From the IMG/VR virus record IMGVR_UViG_3300010353_002388, positions 1 to 31,164 of that record: a stretch of 31,164 nucleotides of DNA. One strand, given 5' to 3'. The stretch comes from a virus. Position 1 is the first letter of the stretch. Every line of letters starts with the position of its first letter. Made by a program: the position numbers and the translations under genes. Positions 23,556 through 31,164 of this stretch are shown piece after piece. A model generated the notes under the pieces. The model worked only from the letters and a program-made list of their open reading frames with translations, ran no database searches and was not told the DNA's origin.

Positions 23556-26477
23556 TTAATCAAAAGTTAATACGCCTTTTCCGGGGGATGAGGGGGAGAA
23601 TTCAAATTTTATTTGACCCTTCTTCATAGCTTCAGCAATTTGAGCTCCGACTGTTTCACCTATTTGAGATGCAATTACATCCCAATTTGGGCTAGCTGCA
23701 GAACTTTCTTTAACTGCTTTACTCTTTTCCTGTATCCTTTCAGCTGTTGTTGCTGTTGCAGCAGTACCAGAGGGAGCTCCACCACCTGCACTAACAGATA
23801 TCGAAGCTAATTTAGAAAGCTTATCAGTATCAAAATTATCTAAGCTTATTGATAGATTATTTAATGATTTTGCTAAGTCCCCAATTGTATCATTTGCTTT
23901 TTGGAGATTTCCTAGGGATTCAGAGAATTTAGATAATTCCTCGATAATATCGCTATATTTTTCTAAAGCTTTTTTAGCATCCTTTGGTGTTGATTTTTCT
24001 AAACCGGTTGCTAATGTATCCGAAAATGTTGTAAGTGCTTTAACAATATTATTGGAAATAGTAGCCATGGAAATAGTTTCTCCAGTTGGCTTTCCATCTT
24101 TATCTAAAACTGGCAATTCATTTTTCTCTCCAAATTCTGAGAATAATCTAACAACCTCGGAGAATTGAACAACTGCACCAAGAATACCATGTCTTCCAAT
24201 AAGAGCTTTGGACATCTTTTGCATTCTTTTGTAGCCATTTCCTTGGGGTCTTCCGGATATACCGGCTTCTTCGCCATCCCCGAATTCACTTTCGGATTTA
24301 GAGAATAATTGTTCAGAAAAATAAAGGAATGTTCTGATTATATTATCAACAACGGTTGTAGCTTTAACCTTCTTTCTTATCTCATTCCCCTTATCATCAT
24401 ATTCTACATATCCAATTTCATTATTTTCTCCGAATTCAGCATATACTTTCATAGCATCTGCGAATTGGATAACGGCTGAAAGAATACCATGTCTTCCAAT
24501 AAGAGCTTTGGACATCTTTTGCATTCTTCTCTTCTGTCTTCCGGATATACCGGCTTCTTCGCCATCCCCGAATTCACTTTCGGATTTAGAGAATAATTGT
24601 TCAGAAAAATAAAGGAATGTTCTGATTATATTATCAACAACGGTTGTAGCTTTAACCTTCTTTCTTATCTCATTCCCCTTATCATCATATTCTACATATC
24701 CAATTTCATTATTTTCTCCGAATTCAGCATATACTTTCATAGCATCTGCGAATTGGATAACGGCTGAAAGAATACCATGTCTTCCAACAAGAGCTTTGGA
24801 CATTCTCTTCATTCTTCGTTTCTGCTTACCCGATATTCCTTTTCCTTCAGGCTCTCCATCGCCAAATTCACTCTCGGATCTTCCAAATAATTTTTCAGTA
24901 AAATAAAGGAAGCTACCAATCATATTATCAACTACGACTGTTGCTTTGACTTTTTTCTTTATCTCATTTCCTTTATCATCATAATCAACATATCCAATTT
25001 CATTAGCTTCTCCAAATTCAGCATATACTTTCATTGCATCAGCAAATTGGATAACTGCGGAAAGAATACCCCTTCTTCCAGTTAAAGCTCTACCCATTTT
25101 TCTGATAGCAACAGCTTTTTCTTTTGTAAGAGTTTCTGTGGATTCAAGAAGAGCAGTTAAGAAAGTACTTATCGAATACGATATATTATCAGCGACCTTT
25201 GTGAGATTAACTTTTGCTCCAAATATAGGTTTACCGTCCTTATCATACCCTTCAATAATTCTCATATTTTCTAGTTCGGCAAAAGCAGTAACAGCTATAG
25301 CAAACATACAAAGAGCTAGAGACATGGACATTAAAACACCAATACCTGCGAATATTTTAGCACTATTTTTTATAAATTCTGCAATACCACCAATTCCTTT
25401 TTTACCCCCAGAAAGAACAGAAATCCCATCTATCATTCCCCCCAGGACTCCTCCAATAAGATTTCCTAATACATCTCTTATGGGAACGTCTTTTAATTCA
25501 TTAGCAACATTAACAATTTTTTTAATCATTAATGAAAGAAGCCAGAATGTTGCACCCATTCCTAAAATAACTAAGCCTCCTAAAAGAATAAGTTCTCCTA
25601 TGGGTGCAACTAAAGCAAATATTGCAGCTGCCCCAAGTATAACTCCTCCAACTATCAACATTGATTTGAGAATACTTCCGCCAGATTCCTTAGATAATAT
25701 TTTTGGAATTAGAGACATTGCCATAGCAAATGAAAGCAATCCAAATGCTAATGCAGCTAATCCAAGGCCCATTTCAACTAAGGTAAATACACCTTTTTTA
25801 ATAAATCTATTAGCTAGGGCAAGTGTCCCAAACATTACTAATAATCCTAGGACAGTAACTCCTAAGAACATTATAACATCTGTAGGCTTAGATAATTTTA
25901 ATATCATTGCGGTTAATAACAATGACCCAGCAAAAGCAAGAATACCTAATCCTAAATATGCAAAGCTTAAGGAAATATCTTTAACAGGTTTAGCAATTTT
26001 TGTTAGAGCATTTCCTATTTTTTCAAATGTTTTTATTGCACGATCTACTTTACGTATGCTCGCAGAATCTCCTTTATCTTCTAGAAATTCCATTAGCATT
26101 TTTAAAGTCGAAAGGGTTCTTGTAACTTGCTTTTCTTTTACTCTTCCCATAGAGTCTAATCCTTCGGCAAGTTTTGGAAGACCTGTTCCAAGATTATTTA
26201 AAGATTCTGATAAATCTTTTAGATTTTTTGCCCCTCCTTTTTTCTTATTAGCAATATCCATCATTTGCTCAATAAATGAAAAGAAATCCTTTATTGTTTT
26301 GGGTTTTACTTTTCCGAATCCAATCAAAGAAGGGCCAAGATTGGAAAGCATTGCTATTTTATCTCTAACAGCTGCACCTGGACCTGCTGGGGCTGCAGGT
26401 TTTGATCCACGGGTATTTTCCTCAATTCGTCCAAGGGTTTTGAGAATCCCATATAAAAGTTCGTTAGCCTGCTGCAT
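23556..26477 (-). CDS. tape measure protein (probable)
   Basis: 973 aa, helical Ala/Gly/Leu-rich with hydrophobic stretches and internal repeats; canonical position after sheath, tube and chaperone. Confidence 0.7.
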   Translation of the reverse strand: MQQANELLYGILKTLGRIEENTRGSKPAAPAGPGAAVRDKIAMLSNLGPSLIGFGKVKPKTIKDFFSFIEQMMDIANKKKGGAKNLKDLSESLNNLGTGLPKLAEGLDSMGRVKEKQVTRTLSTLKMLMEFLEDKGDSASIRKVDRAIKTFEKIGNALTKIAKPVKDISLSFAYLGLGILAFAGSLLLTAMILKLSKPTDVIMFLGVTVLGLLVMFGTLALANRFIKKGVFTLVEMGLGLAALAFGLLSFAMAMSLIPKILSKESGGSILKSMLIVGGVILGAAAIFALVAPIGELILLGGLVILGMGATFWLLSLMIKKIVNVANELKDVPIRDVLGNLIGGVLGGMIDGISVLSGGKKGIGGIAEFIKNSAKIFAGIGVLMSMSLALCMFAIAVTAFAELENMRIIEGYDKDGKPIFGAKVNLTKVADNISYSISTFLTALLESTETLTKEKAVAIRKMGRALTGRRGILSAVIQFADAMKVYAEFGEANEIGYVDYDDKGNEIKKKVKATVVVDNMIGSFLYFTEKLFGRSESEFGDGEPEGKGISGKQKRRMKRMSKALVGRHGILSAVIQFADAMKVYAEFGENNEIGYVEYDDKGNEIRKKVKATTVVDNIIRTFLYFSEQLFSKSESEFGDGEEAGISGRQKRRMQKMSKALIGRHGILSAVIQFADAMKVYAEFGENNEIGYVEYDDKGNEIRKKVKATTVVDNIIRTFLYFSEQLFSKSESEFGDGEEAGISGRPQGNGYKRMQKMSKALIGRHGILGAVVQFSEVVRLFSEFGEKNELPVLDKDGKPTGETISMATISNNIVKALTTFSDTLATGLEKSTPKDAKKALEKYSDIIEELSKFSESLGNLQKANDTIGDLAKSLNNLSISLDNFDTDKLSKLASISVSAGGGAPSGTAATATTAERIQEKSKAVKESSAASPNWDVIASQIGETVGAQIAEAMKKGQIKFEFSPSSPGKGVLTFD
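24181..25080. repeat. tandem ~288-300 bp repeats (~96-100 aa) within the tape measure gene
   Basis: AGAATACC anchors at 24181, 24481, 24769 and 25063; 24249-24499 appears identical to 24537-24787. Confidence 0.9.
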
Positions 26478-26490
26478 TTATTTGTAGAGA

Positions 26491-26505
26491 TTTTATTTAT
26501 ATATC
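26491..26505 (-). promoter_or_regulatory. late-type promoter upstream of the tape measure gene
   Basis: GATATATAAATAAAA, identical to 31113-31127; contains T4 late-like TATAAATA. Confidence 0.6.
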
Positions 26506-26515
26506 TCCAGCAAAG

Positions 26516-26541
26516 AAAAAAGGTGCAGAACTGCACCTTTT
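26516..26541. terminator. intrinsic terminator
   Basis: AAAAAAGGTGCA-GAAC-TGCACCTTTT. Confidence 0.75.
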
Positions 26542-26812
26542 AAAATTTAGGTTTAGGCATAGAAGGAATATTCATTTTTGGAACCTTAAATCCCCCATAA
26601 TCTGGCTTATCGTGGGATCTAGGCATTTTTGCTGCAGCCTGTTGTTTTTTATATTCTTCTTCTTGCTGCTTAATTCTTTTTTCCTCTTCTTTATTAGCTT
26701 CTTCCAATTCTTGTAAAATATATTCGATTTCAAAAAATTCCATCGGATATAAATGAATTGGAGCTATATGAAATCTATTGGCAAAGATATATTCTATCTT
26801 AACCCAATTTAG
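26540..26812 (-). CDS. tail assembly chaperone extension (gp51-like), probably reached by frameshift
   Basis: Frame open from 26860 with no ATG/GTG/TTG before 26743. LNWVKIEYIFANRFHIAPIHLYPMEFFEIEYILQELEE resembles small T4-like gp51-type proteins (NYYKTNF..M..WER pattern). Confidence 0.6.
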   Translation of the reverse strand, partial: LNWVKIEYIFANRFHIAPIHLYPMEFFEIEYILQELEEANKEEEKRIKQQEEEYKKQQAAAKMPRSHDKPDYGGFKVPKMNIPSMPKPKF

Positions 26813-27728
26813 AAAACGGATCTGAAATAAGGAAAATAGATTTAATTCCGCCCTGAAAGTTTAGCGGGATAACCCGCTCCCCTCCATTCTTATCTTTGTA
26901 TTTTAAAACAGGATTAATAGTTTCAGAAAAAATCTTCTTTACTTCTGTGAGAACCGAATATTCTTCAGCAGACCAACTATTTGAATCAAGGACGAATTTT
27001 TCATAAGAAGAATCATTTAGCCCCCTCCAATCACCAATAACAAAAGGAGCATATCCTACAAAATCCTCATCAAGCGGTTCTCCAGCTTGTCTTTTACGGT
27101 TAATATAGTTTTTAAGCCAATTTGTTACCCCTGCTGATGGTAGGAAAACTCTTACTTTTTTCCCGCTACTTTTAAATGGAAGAATAATACATCTTTCTTC
27201 GGGGGAATAAAATCTCATTACCCTATCATCAAAAGTAATATAATCCACCATATCCTTGACAATATCAATTTTTTCTGTTTCGGATACTTTAGCTTGAAGT
27301 TTATTATCTCCTTTTACAAAGGTCCTTTCTCTTATAGCAAGTATAATATAAAATCTGTCGACCTCCTTTATATCCCTCCAAGAAGAAAATTTACCATCCG
27401 GGAATTTTAAACTACAACATCTTTCAAGGACATAATTAAGCATATCATCAAGAGCAAATATGTCATCTTCATTAAGGGTCGACCAGTGTCTTATTTCTCC
27501 AGCCGTCGCTGAACGAATTACTATTTCTGTTCCCTCAGGATAAAATAATCCTTGAGTAGGAAGATCTGTTATTTTTAATCTTTCCCATCCAAGTTCATTT
27601 TGAGGGTCTCTTGATTGAGCCATTGGAATAGGATTGACCCCACCTGGTATTGGAGTAATAGGGGGACCTACTCTTCCTTCTTTTTCTTCAGCAAATTGTT
27701 TTAACTTTTCCTCGTTATTCTGATCCAT
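26799..27728 (-). CDS. tail assembly chaperone/baseplate hub assembly protein (T4 gp26-like)
   Basis: LPTQGLFYP, IRSATAGEI, DRFYIILAIR; C-terminal LNFQGGIKSIF; lies between tube and tape measure. Confidence 0.7.
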   Translation of the reverse strand: MDQNNEEKLKQFAEEKEGRVGPPITPIPGGVNPIPMAQSRDPQNELGWERLKITDLPTQGLFYPEGTEIVIRSATAGEIRHWSTLNEDDIFALDDMLNYVLERCCSLKFPDGKFSSWRDIKEVDRFYIILAIRERTFVKGDNKLQAKVSETEKIDIVKDMVDYITFDDRVMRFYSPEERCIILPFKSSGKKVRVFLPSAGVTNWLKNYINRKRQAGEPLDEDFVGYAPFVIGDWRGLNDSSYEKFVLDSNSWSAEEYSVLTEVKKIFSETINPVLKYKDKNGGERVIPLNFQGGIKSIFLISDPFSKLG

Positions 27729-27795
27729 AATTTTATAGAGTTTATACGATTTATCTATATATTATTATAGAGCAAAAAACTCAATAGTTTTAAAC

Positions 27796-27823
27796 AAAAA
27801 AGAGACTTATTCAGTCTCTTTTT
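27796..27823. terminator. intrinsic terminator
   Basis: AAAAAAGAGACT-TATTC-AGTCTCTTTTT. Confidence 0.75.
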
Positions 27824-27965
27824 CATCTTTCTCCTTTTTCTTTTTCCTTAGGAGCTTAAAATCATTTTTTGTTATCTTTTTATTCTTATCAGCATCAATT
27901 TTATATTGCTTGCCTTTAAGTTTTTCATTTAGCTCTTCTAAGCTTTCACTAACTAACTTTTCCAT
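27807..27965 (-). CDS. 52-aa basic protein with EF-hand-like loop (missed by the track)
   Basis: Hand translation MEKLVSESLEELNEKLKGKQYKIDADKNKKITKNDFKLLRKKKKEKDEKETE*; starts 4 nt after the tube stop and ends in the terminator. Confidence 0.7.
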   Translation of the reverse strand: MEKLVSESLEELNEKLKGKQYKIDADKNKKITKNDFKLLRKKKKEKDEKETE

Positions 27966-27969
27966 ATTA

Positions 27970-28569
27970 TTAAACTATTGTTTCATCCCAAGAATCACAA
28001 GCAAGTGTATATCCTTCAATCCTATAAATTTCTTCACTCATGTAATTTATTTCAGGTACATTGAGGGGAGTTATTGGGAATACATTGTAAAGTTTCCACT
28101 GCCAATAAGGATTATTAGCTCTATCATAAAGGGTAATAAGTGCCCAAGGAGCTACATAATCAGCTTTGATACCAGTTCTTCCTGTTAGAGGATCGTAAAC
28201 TAAGTCATTCCATTTTCTTAAAGTTTTTAGAACATAAGCACTTGGAGTACGATTTAAGTTTACTTCAAAAGAGAGAGCAACGTCCATCGTAGTTTTGTCG
28301 GGCTTAGCCCCAGCAAATCTCCTGGTTGCCCATTTATACTGCTGAGAAACAGGAGTTGTTGGGAATGAGTTGGATTCCAATCCACCTATACTTATAATAT
28401 TTTCAAGTAAAAGATTCGTATTTTCATCTGTTGAACCAATGCCTGTTGGTAGAGCAATCTGAACAGTAAAGAGGTTCAAGTAAAGAGGTTCGTAGAGCTC
28501 TTGTGCTGCTCTTGAACTTCTCCAGTGAGGCATTCCGAATGTTCCTTGACTTTTGAAATTTTCAGCCAT
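27970..28569 (-). CDS. tail tube protein (T4 gp19-like)
   Basis: EPLYLNLFTVQI, LRKWNDLVYDPLTG, LYDRAN, LYNVFP, TLACDSW; directly downstream of the sheath. Confidence 0.88.
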   Translation of the reverse strand: MAENFKSQGTFGMPHWRSSRAAQELYEPLYLNLFTVQIALPTGIGSTDENTNLLLENIISIGGLESNSFPTTPVSQQYKWATRRFAGAKPDKTTMDVALSFEVNLNRTPSAYVLKTLRKWNDLVYDPLTGRTGIKADYVAPWALITLYDRANNPYWQWKLYNVFPITPLNVPEINYMSEEIYRIEGYTLACDSWDETIV

Positions 28570-28600
28570 ATCGCGTTACTTTTATTTTATTTATTCTCTA

Positions 28601-31036
28601 TTAAAGTGTACTATTGCTGCCTGTGCTTACGCCGCCAGTTTTGTATACTGTAATTCTCTGAATAATTTTTTCCATTCCTTTAGTAACCCATACGCCAATA
28701 TCGATAATTGCAAGACCTTCATCAACGACATCTGGTGTGTTGTTTGATTCATCCATCGTGATCTGGTAATTAATAAGAGCTCCTGCATCTTTCATTGATT
28801 CAAGAATAGGAGTTACTGCATTTATGATAGTAAGACGAGTTACTGGGTTATTGAAATCGAATACGTAATTCTTAAGAACTTCTTCAACCTGTAGTTCAAT
28901 TGTATTAAGAAGCTCTCTAACATGTAAGTAGTTGAAATCACTCTTTACAGTCTGATAAGCCGTTCTATTTGCATAGATAAGAACTTCACCTGTTGATGTT
29001 CTCTCAATAATTGAGTTATATCCAAATGGTTCTAGGTAGCTTCTATCTTCTTTGTCGAGCATATATTCTACACCTGCAAGATTAGGATTAGAAATGATAC
29101 CATTTTTATTAGCTACAATAGCGTATGGATCTCCTCCTAAGAATTTCCTTACAAAGCTATTTGAAATATCAGCAGCTGGTGGAACAAGGATAACTTTATC
29201 ATTCTCAGTATATTTTAAGAATGGTCCGAATACACCGGTGAACTTTGATCCATTGTCTTCATCAGGAAGAGTAAATCTGAAGCTTCTTGGCATATCAGGG
29301 TTACCTCCTACTGGAATGTACTCCGTACTGAAAATTGGTTTTGGATCAACTCCGCTAACGAATACATCGCAGAAGTAAGGATCCTGACTTGTTGCAAATT
29401 GAGTCATTGAAGGAGCACTAATAATAGCAGTAGTTTTGCCTCTCTTCTTAGCAAGTCTGGAAAGATAAACTTTACCTCCCAAATTAGGTCTAAGACCATA
29501 GGCCATTGTATCAACTACATATCTGTAGTTAATCATTTCTGGGTTAGTTAAACCTCTAAGAATTCCTTCATCTTCAAGCATTGAATAGATCTTTTCAAGA
29601 CCTTCTTCAGCGTTTGGTGTTCCTGTAGTTGTATATCCAGGAAGATGATTAGAAGTAAGTTTAAGACCATCAAGTTGTAAGAATTTATATGCTGTTGCTA
29701 CAGAAGCGTCATCAATAGGTTTCTGTAGATAAGCAGAAGGCTCATTACCTAAATAATTATAGATAGGTTCTGCTGTTTGAATAACATATAAAGATCCATC
29801 AAAAGTTTTATTGGTTACATAAGTAACTCCAGGAATATCAGCGCCACTTCTTACAAGAGTTCCGATAGTTAAGAAATCTTTATAAGTAGGTGTAATTCTG
29901 AAGTTTTTACCAGTTGAATCAGTATAATCATAAACTGGAACTGAAGAGTGAATAACTGCATCATCTACACTAATATCATAGCTTAAGAAAGTAGATTTGA
30001 ATCCAACTTTATCTATGATTCCGTGACCAACGAGATCAACCATGTGAGCTGCAACTGAAGTTGAAGTTCCATCTCCCATTTCCCACTGATCTTGATCTTC
30101 ATCCCAAATAAGCTGATCAAGAGCATCCTGGTTAACATTAACAAGAATTCCGGTTAAGGATACTGAAGCATTAACAATATCTTCAATATTCTGATTAGAC
30201 CCAGTTTGATCTCTGAAATCAGGAATAAATGTTCCGATCCATGATCCAATTAAACTAACCTGAGGAAGATTTATAAATTCATTAAGTTTTGAAGGAATAA
30301 CTCCGTTGGCGTTAAAATAAGCTGAGAAGAATGGATCTACAGAAAGACCTGTATAATTTGTCCAATCACCTTCGATAGCAATAACCTGGATGAAATAGTT
30401 TTTCATTTGATCATAAGGACGAATCCATTCGTAAGGGATTGCAGTGGTGGAACCATACCAATCTTTTGCTGTAACATCATATCCCTGAAGGCCAACAGCT
30501 TTTCTTACAATAACGGAAACCCTCTTAGTTCCAACATTAGCTACCTGTAATAATGAAGTGCTTTCAGCAGAACCAGGAACCCCTTCTTTATTTCCAGCTA
30601 CTCCCAATAGATAGTCTGGATCTGGTTTCCAGAATCTTTCTCTATTATAGAAATTAATAAAAGCATCGCTGAAAACACCTGGGTTTGCGGCGGAAGCATC
30701 TACAGAAAGAGAAACAAATTCTGCAAAGTTCGTTGAAGAATTATCAACATTTAAAAGGTTAAGAGCAAATACGGGTGCTTGAAGTAAGCAAGTATCTATT
30801 GATCTCTGGAAGAAAGATCCTTTTTTCTCTAATTTCTTATCTATATCCCCAAAGAATCTAGCACGATCCCTGGTGGAACGAATAAAAGTAGGAGCATTAA
30901 AAGGCCCGATCTTTGAGAATCCAACTACCAATCTTAAAGATTGAGTTGTAACTGTAATTCTTTCAGACTGATCTACTTCGACTGTATAAACACCAGCAGC
31001 TTTAAATTGGGATAGATCTAAAGAAAGTTTTGCCAT
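28601..31036 (-). CDS. tail sheath protein (T4 gp18-like)
   Basis: AAGVYTVEVDQS, GFSKIGPFN, VPPAAD, YLHVRELLN..E, YVFDFNNPVTR, DESNNTPDVVD sheath motifs. Confidence 0.93.
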   Translation of the reverse strand: MAKLSLDLSQFKAAGVYTVEVDQSERITVTTQSLRLVVGFSKIGPFNAPTFIRSTRDRARFFGDIDKKLEKKGSFFQRSIDTCLLQAPVFALNLLNVDNSSTNFAEFVSLSVDASAANPGVFSDAFINFYNRERFWKPDPDYLLGVAGNKEGVPGSAESTSLLQVANVGTKRVSVIVRKAVGLQGYDVTAKDWYGSTTAIPYEWIRPYDQMKNYFIQVIAIEGDWTNYTGLSVDPFFSAYFNANGVIPSKLNEFINLPQVSLIGSWIGTFIPDFRDQTGSNQNIEDIVNASVSLTGILVNVNQDALDQLIWDEDQDQWEMGDGTSTSVAAHMVDLVGHGIIDKVGFKSTFLSYDISVDDAVIHSSVPVYDYTDSTGKNFRITPTYKDFLTIGTLVRSGADIPGVTYVTNKTFDGSLYVIQTAEPIYNYLGNEPSAYLQKPIDDASVATAYKFLQLDGLKLTSNHLPGYTTTGTPNAEEGLEKIYSMLEDEGILRGLTNPEMINYRYVVDTMAYGLRPNLGGKVYLSRLAKKRGKTTAIISAPSMTQFATSQDPYFCDVFVSGVDPKPIFSTEYIPVGGNPDMPRSFRFTLPDEDNGSKFTGVFGPFLKYTENDKVILVPPAADISNSFVRKFLGGDPYAIVANKNGIISNPNLAGVEYMLDKEDRSYLEPFGYNSIIERTSTGEVLIYANRTAYQTVKSDFNYLHVRELLNTIELQVEEVLKNYVFDFNNPVTRLTIINAVTPILESMKDAGALINYQITMDESNNTPDVVDEGLAIIDIGVWVTKGMEKIIQRITVYKTGGVSTGSNSTL

Positions 31037-31112
31037 ATTATTTCATTTATTTTTATTATTTATTCGTCAAAAATTTAAGGAAAATCTACTTTCTGACTTT
31101 TCAAATAATGTC

Positions 31113-31127
31113 TTTTATTTATATATC
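31113..31127 (-). promoter_or_regulatory. late-type promoter upstream of the sheath gene
   Basis: GATATATAAATAAAA; a second GAATAAATAA at 31056-31065. Confidence 0.6.
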
Positions 31128-31164
31128 ATAGAATGAAAAACCCCGTTTTAACTTTTTCACCATG

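Noticed and set aside
24181-25080. Tape measure repeats as a diversity-generating retroelement TR/VR pair
   Set aside because: Copies are tandem, in frame and essentially identical, with no adenine-specific differences and no reverse transcriptase nearby.
26864-26879. AGCGGG-TTAT-CCCGCT hairpin as a frameshift stimulator
   Set aside because: It lies ~50 nt upstream of the proposed slip site, whereas stimulators normally sit just downstream; it may be incidental.
190-29378. Opposite-strand or overlapping track ORFs (190, 402, 1100, 1680, 2003, 2216, 3016, 3472, 4209, 4894, 4913, 6071, 6951, 9642, 12248, 12936, 13147, 17736, 18392, 21106, 21727, 23613, 24104, 25138, 26354, 27910, 28553, 29052)
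   Set aside because: Nearly all overlap well-supported genes (18392 lies mostly in the structured gap and the 18508 promoter) and have shadow-type composition with no motifs; even the 449-aa ORF at 25138 is antisense to the tape measure gene.
553-31036. Inteins or self-splicing introns in primase, ThyX or sheath
   Set aside because: Motifs are contiguous, lengths are near normal, and no intein C/S...HN boundaries or interrupted frames were seen. The sheath is long (811 aa), but that fits ordinary insertion domains.

Overview
AT-rich fragment of a large T4-like (contractile-tail) phage genome; the likely host is Bacteroidota, inferred from absent Shine-Dalgarno sites, one TAnnTTTG element and Bacteroidota-style lipoproteins. 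Recognisable genes: partial UvsY-like protein, DNA primase, gp32-like SSB, RuvC-like resolvase, ThyX, amidase endolysin, HAD phosphatase, GT2 glycosyltransferase, a free-standing homing endonuclease, and a tail module (sheath, tube, chaperone with a frameshifted extension, tape measure, and a separate gp3-like tube-fold gene). A four-gene nucleotide-transfer cluster encodes a KxDG ligase-like protein, an HxGH nucleotidyltransferase, a Pol-beta nucleotidyltransferase and a GNAT fused to a 2H phosphoesterase. The most striking feature is an 18-residue tag (consensus E-S-L-N-F-E-R-G-x-D-P-K-x-S-L-x-I-G) found 10 times in 5 genes at 3 loci. It divides long ORFs into unrelated ~110-140 aa modules, and the eight copies that begin with Glu all follow [VIL]-x-E, the T4 prohead-protease cleavage pattern. 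Other genes carry linkers resembling the T4 capsid-targeting sequence. Together this suggests a modular system of protease-processed cargo packaged in the head (inference, untested). Three additional apparent single-base frameshifts may be assembly indels. No tRNA, rRNA or CRISPR array was seen. All family assignments come from motif recognition by eye, not database searches.
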